A stretch of 64,000 nucleotides of DNA from Piromyces finnis finn. Lineage: Eukaryota > Fungi > Neocallimastigomycota. Every line of letters begins with the position of its first letter. Position 1 is the stretch's first letter. The notes under the pieces are model-generated. The model did not search any database. It saw only the letters and a program-made list of their open reading frames with translations, and was not told the origin of the DNA. The stretch covers positions 1 through 64,000 of the forward strand of contig MCFH01000083.1 of the NCBI GenBank assembly GCA_002104945.1, read 5' to 3'. The translations under genes and the position numbers were made by a program. Below, piece after piece: positions 51,501 through 61,786 of this stretch.

Positions 51501-52029
51501 TAAAGGTGTATTTTATATAACTGAATATTTGACTAAATAGAAAATTCTTAATAATTAGAATATAAATTTAAAGCATTTTTAATTTGATTTGAATTTATCA
51601 ACAAAAGTCAATACAAATTTAGTTATTTAAAAAGTTATACATTTATTAAAAAAAAAATTATTTTTATATTTAGTAAATTAAGATAATTTGATTGTAATAG
51701 TTTATTAAATAATTTATTAAACAAATGATTAAGAATAAATAATTAAAATAATTTGAATTCAATATGAGGAGGTTTTACAAATTTAGTTGTTAAATAAATT
51801 ATGTTTTTTATATTTAATAAATTAAAATAAATTAATTAAATAAAGAATTTTTTATAAAGAAGTTATTGTATATCTAGTTAATAAGTTTATATTTTTATTA
51901 AGAAGTAAGTTTTATATTTAAAAGATTCAAATAACTTGAATAAATTAATATAGTAGTTTTGATTGAATAATTATAAAGTTAAATAAATATATAATAAGAA
52001 ATGAGTGTAATATTTTTTATTCTTAATAA

Positions 52030-54155
52030 TATGATGGTAGTGAAATCAGAGCTAGAAAATTAATCTATTCTGGATCTGTTCTTAATTTCATTTATCTGGA
52101 TTTTATAAAGAATAAAATGAAAATAAAAAGAAACAAGAAAGAAGAACAATTCAGTAATGAAATAATAAATTTGAAAATTCCAATGTTTTAAAAAGAAACT
52201 TAATGAATTACTGAATTGTGGAGGATTATAACAAAATGTTAAGTACATTTGTCCTATGGAAAATAATGTTATCTAAATAATTTTAATTATAATAAATGTA
52301 ATTTAAAAAATAAATATGATTGTAATGTATTAGTATTGTAGAATTAGAAATAGCTATAATAGAAATTAATGAGGAATAGTTTTAGTAATAGTAACAACTT
52401 GATAGTATAATAGTTAGTATTAATAATAATTAAAAAAAAAATAGAATTAATAAATACAACAAATGAAAAAAAAAATATAATAAAATGTAATAAATAGAAT
52501 AAAGTAATAAATAGAATAAGTTAATAAATATGATAAATGTAATAAATAGAATAAATTAATAAATATAATAAGTTAATAAATATGATAAATGTAATAAATA
52601 TAATGAATAAAACAAATATAAATTAATGTAATATGTATAATAATTATAAGAGTTTTTAATAAATGAATAGTTTTTATGTACTTAATAAAACGAACTTTAT
52701 AAAGGAAAAAAAAAAGATTTTAATCTTTATACAATTCTTTTTAATGGAAGTATAATGAGATTGATAACTATAATTACTATATATTGATTGTAGGAAATTA
52801 AATGATATAATTATTGAAATTCATATATTCCTTTAATCAATAAATAAGATAAATGGAGTAAAATATGTTTTTAAACTAAATTTAAATATATCAATAGCTT
52901 AGTAAGAATTAAATAAAGTGATGAATTTAAAATTGCTTTAATCTTTATATGGCATTTTTAATTTATTATCATACCTTTTATTCAAAAATGTATCAGCTCT
53001 ATTTTAATATTTTAAGTGATGCTTTTGATGAAGTATTTTAATTACTTTATAATTAATAATATTTAGTACAACATTATGTATATGTTTATATCAATTCTGT
53101 GATGTTTTATTGATGATATTTAAATTTATGAATTCATTGTTAAATTTTTAAAAAAGAAATAATTTTATAATACCATATATTGATAAATTATAAAATAAAA
53201 GAGAATTATAAATATGCTAAAAGTATTTTAAAAACGTCTAAAAATGATAAATTTGTTAATTAAATTATAGTATTTACTTGATGACTTGATACCACTTTTG
53301 TTTATTTAATAATAAGATTAAAAAAAAATAGTGGTATAGTTAATATAATTATTGAATGATGTTTTTCCATTATTATTAATGAATGTTAATTTTTTTACAA
53401 ATATTTTATTACTAAGAATTTTGTTATATTTATTTGCTTAATAATAACCTTTAAAAAAAATAAGTTCCACTTGGTTTAAAGCTTGTACAATAATAAAAAA
53501 CATTTAATACTCTTTAAATGCTATTTTCTTTATAATTTTAGAATTGTCTGTTTGATATATTTAATATAAATTTTATCACAGACTTTTCATTTAAATGAGA
53601 GGGTGAACGAGATATTGTTCCAATATCTCCGTTGGTTAATAAAATCGAATTGATTGTTATATTGGAATCTACTTATAATATTTTATTGTAATCAATCAAT
53701 CAATTTCAATTTTATACAAACTATGGATTTAATTTAAAATTTAATATTGAAATTTCTTCAGCTAATAAATCAAAGAAAGTTGAACAGATTATTATAAGTA
53801 TTAATAAAAAGTATTAAAATTGTAAAATAGAATTTTAATCATGCATAAGAAGATTATAAAAGTCATGATGATCAAGAAGAATTGAATAAATAAAAATTTG
53901 AAACTTAAGTAAATGTTTTGTTTTGAATACTTAAATAAAAATGTTAATAGAAAACAATTTATAAATAACCATAATCTGAATATAAAAACAAATGGATTCT
54001 TGATGATTAAGTTTTAGATAAATTATTAGAATTATGTATAAGTAACAAGAATGATAATAAGAGTATAAATAAATTAAATACTTATATATTTTTTTAACAA
54101 TGTTATGATTTAGAAAAAGTAGTAACCATTTGTTATTTAAATTTCTTCAAGAAAA
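52030..54155 (+). pseudogene. Decayed Gypsy pol remnants in element C
   Basis: LIYSGSVLNFI at 52060 (cf. B LIDSGSELNFI); DEFKIA at 52920; KNVSALF* at 52984 (cf. KNAPATFQ); FIDDI*IY at 53106; ERVNEILFQYLR at 53597; YTNYGFNLKFNIEI at 53713; *PFVI*ISSRK at 54123 (cf. QPFVIEIPSRK). Confidence 0.8.
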
Positions 54156-54189
54156 TAATCTCGCAGGAGCTCGACTTAAAGGGCGAGAT

Positions 54190-54977
54190 TGTAAAGATAT
54201 AATATATATCTTTAGATTATTTAATAATTAATTATTAATTATTAAATAATAAATTAATATTTAGTAAAACTGATTATAAAATTTTTGAGTAAATTTTATG
54301 GAATAATTTAATAATAAATTATTTTATAATAATTCCGTTAAATTTAAATTAAGATAAATATTTAAGTTTAAGGAATAAAAGAATTTTAATTAAATTTAAA
54401 TATTTCAAATATTTTAAATAATTAAAATATTTTTCAAATACTTTTTATTTAGTTTTAGAATAGATTATACTTTTTTATTTAAATTTAGAATAGTTTAATA
54501 ATTTTAACTTAGTTTTAAAAATAGATTTATTTATATTTCAATAGGAAATATATTAAGAATAGTATTGATAATATTAAATTAATTTATAGAAAATACATGG
54601 GCTTTATTCAATTTTGAGTTTACTCAAATTGAATTAAAAGTATAATGAATTAGTTTAGTTTAGTTCTGTTATTTTATTATTTAATTAAATTAGTTTTGTT
54701 TATTTTATATTAAATATATGTTTATTTAAATAGAATAATATATTAGAATATAATTATGAAAAAATATAAATACATGTAATTTTTATTTGTTAAATCGATG
54801 TAATTGTTATTTTCAATTTTTTAATTATTAACTATTATATAGTTAATAATCTTTTTAAGAGTTTTAAATAAAATGATTTTTAAAATAAAAATTTAATGTT
54901 TTATTTTTTTATTTTTGTGTTAATAAAAATTGTTTTGTTTTAAGTATGAAATCTGTTTTAAATTTTATACTTTTACA
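54190..54977 (+). repeat. Element C 3' LTR (788 bp)
   Basis: Preceded by AATCTCGCAGGAGCTCGACTTAAAGGGCGAGAT. Confidence 0.93.
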
Positions 54978-55247
54978 CCATGTATTATTGATATATTAAT
55001 CATTTATTATTTATCTATTTCTATAAAAAAAACAATACTAAAACTAGGGATTTAAATTGAGAATATTAATTTACTTGTTAAACATTAAAAATAAATTAAT
55101 AATTTATTTTGTTTTAAACTTTAATTATTAATAAATAAATTATGTCTCATTTTCTTTTTCTGAATATAATTTGTGTAACTTAAACAATAATACTTGTGGC
55201 TTAAGTTACATTAAAGATATCAAACAGAGGCGTTTGATGTCTTTACA

Positions 55248-55384
55248 GGAGAACAGTACGAACATGTTGTATATGTTCATCTAATGTTTTCGAATAAATC
55301 AGAATATCATCTAAATATAAAATAACAAATTTTTCTAAATAAGGGCGTAATACTGAATTAATAAATGATTGAAATGTAGCAGGG
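55248..55384 (-). CDS. Element A RT fragment (ATFQSF...YLDDILIY...HVRTVL) stranded between B-1 and B-2
   Basis: 137 bp bounded by the TSDs GGAGA and CAGGG; contains the YLDD catalytic motif. Confidence 0.9.
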
Positions 55385-55990
55385 TGTAAAGACATCAAAC
55401 GCCTCTGTTTGATATCTTTAATGTAACTTAAGCCACAAGTATTATTGTTTAAGTTACACAAATTATATTCAGAAAAAGAAAATGAGACATAATTTATTTA
55501 TTAATAATTAAAGTTTAAAACAAAATAAATTATTAATTTATTTTTAATGTTTAACAAGTAAATTAATATTCTCAATTTAAATCCCTAGTTTTAGTATTGT
55601 TTTTTTTATAGAAATAGATAAATAATAAATGATTAATATATCAATAATACATGGGCACATATTCAAATTAAATAGTACTTAATTTGAATTGCCAATTGTA
55701 TTTTACTAAAAATAGTTATAGTTTAAATATTTATTAATAATTAAGATTTTAGTGTAGATTTTAAATAATAATATATAAGAAATAAATAGTTATAATATAA
55801 TATAAATGTATTTAGGAAAAATATAAATAGAAGATATTTTTCATCATTTTATCGATGTAATTGTTATTAATAAAATTTCTATTATAATAAAAGATATTTT
55901 TAATAAAACAATTTTTTATTTTATTTTAAATTTTGTGTTATTGTAATAGAATAGATATCCTAAATCTATTCTTTCTGTGTCAGCATTACA
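55385..55990 (+). repeat. B-2 5' LTR
   Basis: TGTAAAGAC...GCATTACA; self-primer GTAATTGTTAT at 55857-55867. Confidence 0.95.
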
Positions 55991-56001
55991 ATAACAATTA
56001 C
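55991..56001 (+). promoter_or_regulatory. B-2 self-priming PBS ATAACAATTAC
   Basis: Abuts the LTR, lacks TGG and is complementary to 55857-55867. Confidence 0.8.
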
Positions 56002-56039
56002 CTAACTACTTCAAGAGTACGTTAGGATATCTACCGCCC

Positions 56040-56290
56040 GAAGAAACTTTGTTGCTACCTTGGTTCAAGAGATTATTGAAGAAATTTTGTTGCTACCTTG
56101 GTTCAAGAGATTATTGAAGAAACTTTGTTGCTACCTTGGTTCAAGAGATTATTGAAGAAACTTTGTTGCTACCTTAGTTCAAGAGAGTATTGAAGAAACT
56201 TTGTTGCTACCTTGGTTCAAGAGAGTATTGAAGAAACTTTGTTGCTACCTTGGTTCAAGAGAGTATTGAAGAAACTTTGTTGCTACCCTA
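56040..56290 (+). repeat. 38-bp leader tandem repeat of B-2 (6 full units + partial)
   Basis: Units start at 56040, 56078, 56116, 56154, 56192 and 56230, with a partial unit at 56268. Confidence 0.92.
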
Positions 56291-56297
56291 GCAGAAG

Positions 56298-56338
<41 letters not shown>

Positions 56339-56363
56339 ACTCTGATTAATATTATTATTATAT

Positions 56364-56419
56364 AATACAAAACTTGTTCGACACTGTATAACAGATCGAG
56401 TTTGAATAACTTTTGTATT
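56364..56419 (+). promoter_or_regulatory. B leader hairpin, same fold as the C array unit
   Basis: AATACAAAA-C-TTGTTC-GAC-A-CTGT-ATA-ACAG-ATCGA-GTT-T-GAATAA-C-TTTTGTATT. Confidence 0.7.
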
Positions 56420-56448
56420 AACTAACATCGTTTTTGTAGAAATAGTTT

Positions 56449-56499
<51 letters not shown>

Positions 56500-56555
56500 A
56501 CTTACTTGAAACAGTAGTAAGAAAACATTTTTTATATTTTGTTTTATATTTAACG

Positions 56556-59500
56556 TTGGAGGACTTAATTAGTGAGTTTGAAAATTTAAATTTAGAGATG
56601 GGTGATAGGACTGTGGGTGTTTCTGGGAATTCGGGGAACATTATTAATGCTCCACCGATATTTTCTGGTAAACAAAGAGAATTGGATGGATTTTTAACCA
56701 GAGTTGAGTTGGTATTTCGTACTCGACCGACACTGTATAATACAGATCGAGTCAAGGTCGACTTCGTTATATCATACTTCTCTGGTAAACCTTTGGAATG
56801 GGCTTCAGTGTTGATGAAGAATAATAGTGGGGTTTTAAACCATTATGATGAATTTGTAGATAGGTTGAAGGCTAATTTTGGCAGTTATAGATACGATACC
56901 GTTGTAGCTAACGGTAAATTAGATAATCTTCGCCAAAGGAAACTTGGTCAGGTATTAGATTACATTACCGAGTTTCAACGTATTAGCCAAAATTCAAGCT
57001 TTAATGACAGCGCAAAAATCTACATGTTTCTGAAAGGTTTATTACCACCACTTAGGGAGAAGTTGGCTTTCATTGAATCAAACCCAACTTCAATTGAACA
57101 ATTGATTTCTTCAACTATTTTAGTTGAAGATATGATGAAAAGGAATTCTCTAAGTGAATTTTATTTTAATGGTAGAAGGGCTAACGATCCTATGGATGTG
57201 GATGTATTTAGAATTAGTAGAGAAAATAAACGCAAAAGGTATGTGAATATCCAAGGATCAAGTAAAAATTACAATGAAAACATAGACAACTTTGAAGAAG
57301 AAAAGAAAAAGGGGTTATGTTTTCTTTGTAAACAACCAGGACATTTAAAATTTAATTGTCCTAATAGAGTAAAGCCCAGAAAAGTGTTAAGAATTGTGAA
57401 AGAAAGGACTCCAAAAATTGTTAATCCAAAAATTTACAAAGTTGGAGTCAAGGGAGTGAAAAGTGATTTAAACCTTGTGGACTTTTACTTGAGTACCAAT
57501 GAAGTTTCGGAAGTTAAGATTAAGGTTTTAATTGATTCCGGTTCTGAATTAAATTTCATTAATCCAAGTCTTGCTGAAGAACTTGGTATTAATTTGGAAA
57601 AAGTGGAACCATTCCGTGTTTCAGGTGTTAGTGATGGAGTTGTTAGTGTTTGGGAAAGGACTGAGAAGTGCATGCTCCGTTGCAAAAATCACTTCGAAGT
57701 AATTCAACTTTATGGATTACAAGTCCCCGGTGTTGATGTTATTCTTGGTTTGCCGTGGATAAAGAAGCATAATCCAAATGCTTTCTACGACTCTAAGAAA
57801 ATCGCTTTTAGTTCTGGTTATTGTGCCAGACACTGTAACAAAGGTAAAAGAAAAAGAAAACCAAGAAAGAAGTCCAAGAATGATCAATTAGATCATGATG
57901 TTCTCGACCGAAGCTTAACCAAAAAACCGAAAGTAGATCCCTCCGTCCCAAACCATGAAGAAAAAGAATATGTTAAAGGCCGCCTTGTTAGAACCATTAA
58001 TGATGAAGATGACAGCGATGATGAATATATTAGTTTTAATAAAAAAGTTAAATGTATTGTAACGAAAATTAATGAAACATGTAATAATGATAATGAATCA
58101 TGTAGTAATAATAATAATGAAAAGAATATTAATAAAGATAAATTGGTCGCCGTACCAACCCAATATTTAGAATTTAGTGAAGTGTTTAACGAAAAAAATT
58201 GTGAAGTGTTACCTCCTCATAGACCTTATGATTGTGAAATCAAACTTAAGGATGATTCAACTTTATTTTATGGACCCTTGTATCCATTAACTGAAGTTGA
58301 AAGAGAGGAACTTAAAAAGTATATAGATGAAAATTTAAATAAAGGTTTTATTAGGAAATCATCGTCTCCTGCTGGTGCCCCAATTTTGTTTGTTAAAAAG
58401 AAGGACGGTTCCTTAAGACTTTGTATTGATTATAGAAGGTTGAATAATATTACAATTCGTAATTCATATCCTTTACCTTTAATAAGTGACCTTTTGGATA
58501 GGGTGAAAAATGCTAAGATTTTTACCAAATTAGACCTTAAATCCGCTTATAATCTTGTTCGTATTAAAGAAGGTGACGAATACAAAACGGCTTTTCGTAC
58601 TAGGTATGGTCATTTTGAATATCTGGTTATGCCTTTTGGATTAAAGAATGCACCTGCAACTTTTCAACACTTCATTAACGATGTCCTTAGTGACTATTTA
58701 GACGATTTTGTTATCTCATATATTGATGATATTCTTATTTATTCTAATAATATCGAAGAACATCATGAGCATGTTAAAAAGGTACTTAAGAAACTACTTG
58801 AAAATAATCTTTATGTTAAATTAGAAAAATGTGAGTTTGATGTTGAGAAAACCACTTTTCTTGGTTATGTCATTTCAAAGGATGGATTGCAAATGGATGA
58901 GAATAAAGTTAAAACAATTCTTGATTGGCCGGTTCCCAAGAATGTTAAAGAGGTTCAGTCTTTTATTGGTTTATGCAACTATTACAGAATTTTTATTAAA
59001 GACTTTGCTAAAATTGCAAACCCTCTTCACAAACTCACTAGAAAGAATGTTGCTTTTAACTGGGTGAAAGAAGATCAGGACGCTTTTATTTTATTAAAAT
59101 CTCTGTTCACGTCAGCTCCTATTCTGAAACATGCGGATAGTAATAAACAATTTATTGTTGAAACTGATGCTAGTAATTATGCTGTCGGTGCTATTCTCTC
59201 TCAAGAGTTTGACGGCAAATTACATCCCATTGCATTTCTTTCTAAACGTTTGACGAGTTGTCAAAGAAACTATCCTATATATGACAAGGAACTGTTAGCC
59301 ATTATAGTTGCACTTGAAGAATGGCGTCATTACTTAGAGGGTGCACGCCATCAGTTCATAATTTATACCGATCACAAGAACTTAACATTTCCTAGAAAAC
59401 CTGAAATGTTATCTCAGAGACAAATTAGATGGAATTTGTTCTTATCCAGATTTGACTTTAAACTCATTTATAGAGCTGGTAAGAAATCTGGTAAGCCTGA

Positions 59501-61145
59501 CATTCTGTCTCGTAGAAGTGATCATTTAGTGAATGTTATTAACTCTGATGTTTCTTGTCTTACTATTTCGTTTCATCATAGCGATAACAAACCGTTAATC
59601 GATTCTATTTTATTAGAACTTAAAAATGACGATTTGTATAATTCTATTGTCCAATTTAAAATGAATGGTTCTGCATGTAATGCACCTATTAAAAATATTG
59701 ATAAAGTTATTATTGATAACGAGGGATTTTTGTTATATAATAATCTTATTTATGTTCCTAAATCTCTTAGGACAAGAGTTTTGGAACTTCATCATGATTC
59801 TGTTGCTGCTGGTCATTTCGGTATTAAGAAAACCACTGAACTGATTTCCAGAAACTTTTGGTGGCCAAGGTTTCATTCAGACGTTAAATCTTTTATCAAA
59901 TCTTGCGTGACTTGTTGCAAATCCAAAGTCCCCAGACATAAGCCTTATGGATTGTTATCCCCTTTGGACACTCCCAGTAGGCCCTGGTCTGATATTTCTA
60001 TTGATTTTATTGTTGATCTTCCTAAGTCCAGAGATATGACAACTCTCATGGTTGTTGTCGATAGATTTACTAAATTTGCTCACGCCATTCCTTTACGTTG
60101 TCTTCCTACTGCTTCAATTGCTGCTGATGCTTTTATTGCCAATGTCTTCCGTTTGCATGGTCTTCCTAATTCCATTATTTCTGATAGAGGCTCGCAATTT
60201 ACTTCTGATTTCTGGTCAAGACTTTGTGACCTTCTTAATATCAATCATTCATTGTCAACTGCTAACCATCCGCAGACAGATGGTCAAACGGAGAGGGTGA
60301 ACGGCATATTAGAACAATATTTCCGTTGTTTTATCAATAAAAAGCAGAATAACTGGGTTGATCTTATCCCGTTTGCTGAATTTGCTTATAATAATACTTT
60401 ACAGCAATCTATAAATCAATCCCCATTCTTTGCTAATTATGGTTTTCATCCAAAGTTCAGCTTGGAAATCCCGGCTAATGATAGACCTAGTAGAGCTGAA
60501 CAAAGAGTAATTGATATGAGTGAAAACTTTAAATTATTAAAAGGAAACTTAGAAAAAGCAAAAGAAACATATAAGAAATATGCCGATATGAAAAGAATGA
60601 GTCCCCCGGAATTTGAAGTGGGAAAGAAGGTATGGTTATTGAAAGATTCTCCGAGAACTAACTTGAAGAAGAAATTAGCACCTCAAATGCTTGGTCCATT
60701 TGAAATAATTGAAAAAGTTAGTTCTCTCGCTTTTAAATTGAAACTCCCAAAGACAATGAGATGTCATCCAGTCTTTCATGTCTCATTGTTAGAACCATAC
60801 TTTGAAAACGAGTTTATAGATAGGTCTAATAGTAGGAAAAGAAATATTCATCTTAGCACAGATTTAATTGAAAAAATTCCAGAAAAAATTGAGAAGATGA
60901 AATCTGTTAATGGTGAGACATTTTATAAGTTATCGTGGAAAGGATTTGACAAATCCACTTGGGTTTCTGAAGATCAGATCCCGGACAAACAATTAATACA
61001 AGAGTTCGAAAGAAACTCTAAAAAGTCAAAACATAAGTTGAATGACTCCTCCATGAGAATAAGAAAGAATAAAGGTGGTAATCTAATCAAGCACAGATAC
61101 CAACCATTTGTAATTGAAATTCCTTCGAGAAAAGATTCCTTATAA
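56556..61145 (+). CDS. B-2 single-ORF gag-pol polyprotein with chromodomain
   Basis: Same domains as B-1; the track start is TTG and the first in-frame ATG is at 56598. Confidence 0.95.
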   Translation: MEDLISEFENLNLEMGDRTVGVSGNSGNIINAPPIFSGKQRELDGFLTRVELVFRTRPTLYNTDRVKVDFVISYFSGKPLEWASVLMKNNSGVLNHYDEFVDRLKANFGSYRYDTVVANGKLDNLRQRKLGQVLDYITEFQRISQNSSFNDSAKIYMFLKGLLPPLREKLAFIESNPTSIEQLISSTILVEDMMKRNSLSEFYFNGRRANDPMDVDVFRISRENKRKRYVNIQGSSKNYNENIDNFEEEKKKGLCFLCKQPGHLKFNCPNRVKPRKVLRIVKERTPKIVNPKIYKVGVKGVKSDLNLVDFYLSTNEVSEVKIKVLIDSGSELNFINPSLAEELGINLEKVEPFRVSGVSDGVVSVWERTEKCMLRCKNHFEVIQLYGLQVPGVDVILGLPWIKKHNPNAFYDSKKIAFSSGYCARHCNKGKRKRKPRKKSKNDQLDHDVLDRSLTKKPKVDPSVPNHEEKEYVKGRLVRTINDEDDSDDEYISFNKKVKCIVTKINETCNNDNESCSNNNNEKNINKDKLVAVPTQYLEFSEVFNEKNCEVLPPHRPYDCEIKLKDDSTLFYGPLYPLTEVEREELKKYIDENLNKGFIRKSSSPAGAPILFVKKKDGSLRLCIDYRRLNNITIRNSYPLPLISDLLDRVKNAKIFTKLDLKSAYNLVRIKEGDEYKTAFRTRYGHFEYLVMPFGLKNAPATFQHFINDVLSDYLDDFVISYIDDILIYSNNIEEHHEHVKKVLKKLLENNLYVKLEKCEFDVEKTTFLGYVISKDGLQMDENKVKTILDWPVPKNVKEVQSFIGLCNYYRIFIKDFAKIANPLHKLTRKNVAFNWVKEDQDAFILLKSLFTSAPILKHADSNKQFIVETDASNYAVGAILSQEFDGKLHPIAFLSKRLTSCQRNYPIYDKELLAIIVALEEWRHYLEGARHQFIIYTDHKNLTFPRKPEMLSQRQIRWNLFLSRFDFKLIYRAGKKSGKPDILSRRSDHLVNVINSDVSCLTISFHHSDNKPLIDSILLELKNDDLYNSIVQFKMNGSACNAPIKNIDKVIIDNEGFLLYNNLIYVPKSLRTRVLELHHDSVAAGHFGIKKTTELISRNFWWPRFHSDVKSFIKSCVTCCKSKVPRHKPYGLLSPLDTPSRPWSDISIDFIVDLPKSRDMTTLMVVVDRFTKFAHAIPLRCLPTASIAADAFIANVFRLHGLPNSIISDRGSQFTSDFWSRLCDLLNINHSLSTANHPQTDGQTERVNGILEQYFRCFINKKQNNWVDLIPFAEFAYNNTLQQSINQSPFFANYGFHPKFSLEIPANDRPSRAEQRVIDMSENFKLLKGNLEKAKETYKKYADMKRMSPPEFEVGKKVWLLKDSPRTNLKKKLAPQMLGPFEIIEKVSSLAFKLKLPKTMRCHPVFHVSLLEPYFENEFIDRSNSRKRNIHLSTDLIEKIPEKIEKMKSVNGETFYKLSWKGFDKSTWVSEDQIPDKQLIQEFERNSKKSKHKLNDSSMRIRKNKGGNLIKHRYQPFVIEIPSRKDSL
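56722..56762 (+). promoter_or_regulatory. Hairpin embedded in B gag, same fold as the C array unit
   Basis: C-TCGACC-GAC-A-CTGTA-TAA-TACAG-ATCGA-GTC-AA-GGTCGA-C. Confidence 0.7.
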
Positions 61146-61181
61146 ATTAATCTCGCAGGAGCTCGACTTAGAGAGAGAGAT

Positions 61182-61786
61182 TGTAAAGACATCAAACGCC
61201 TCTGTTTGATATCTTTAATGTAACTTAAGCCACAAGTATTATTGTTTAAGTTACACAAATTATATTCAGAAAAAGAAAATGAGACATAATTTATTTATTA
61301 ATAATTAAAGTTTAAAACAAAATAAATTATTAATTTATTTTTAATGTTTAACAAGTAAATTAATATTCTCAATTTAAATCCCTAGTTTTAGTATTGTTTT
61401 TTTTATAGAAATAGATAAATAATAAATGATTAATATATCAATAATACATGGGCACATATTCAAATTAAATAGTACTTAATTTGAATTGCCAATTGTATTT
61501 TACTAAAAATAGTTATAGTTTAAATATTTATTAATAATTAAGATTTTAGTGTAGATTTTAAATAATAATATATAAGAAATAAATAGTTATAATATAATAT
61601 AAATGTATTTAGGAAAAATATAAATAGAAGATATTTTTCATCATTTTATCGATGTAATTGTTATTAATAAAATTTCTATTATAATAAAAGATATTTTTAA
61701 TAAAACAATTTTTTATTTTATTTTAAATTTTGTGTTATTGTAATAGAATAGATATCCTAATCTATTCTTTCTGTGTCAGCATTACA
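61182..61786 (+). repeat. B-2 3' LTR
   Basis: Preceded by the PPT AGAGAGAGAGA at 61170-61180. Confidence 0.95.

Larger units (their letters stand above)
48636..54977 (+). mobile_element. Non-autonomous Gypsy-derived LTR element C (LARD-like), TSD CCATG
   Basis: 788-bp LTRs with TG..CA ends; CCATG at 48631-48635 and 54978-54982; PBS ATAACAATTAC; PPT region shared with B; no long ORF; decayed PR/RT/IN remnants. Confidence 0.92.
42614..55247 (-). mobile_element. Gypsy chromovirus B, copy 1 (TSD GGAGA), with element C inserted in its 5' LTR
   Basis: GGAGA at 42609-42613 and 55248-55252; 3' LTR 42614-43218; 5' LTR split into 48296-48635 and 54978-55247. Confidence 0.95.
48296..55247 (-). repeat. 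B-1 5' LTR interrupted by element C (LTR parts 48296-48635 and 54978-55247)
   Basis: The LTR sequence stops at GTGCCCATG and resumes after the second CCATG. Confidence 0.93.
55385..61786 (+). mobile_element. Gypsy chromovirus B, copy 2, full length (TSD CAGGG)
   Basis: CAGGG at 55380-55384 and 61787-61791; LTRs 55385-55990 (606 bp) and 61182-61786 (605 bp; one A difference seen). Confidence 0.97.
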
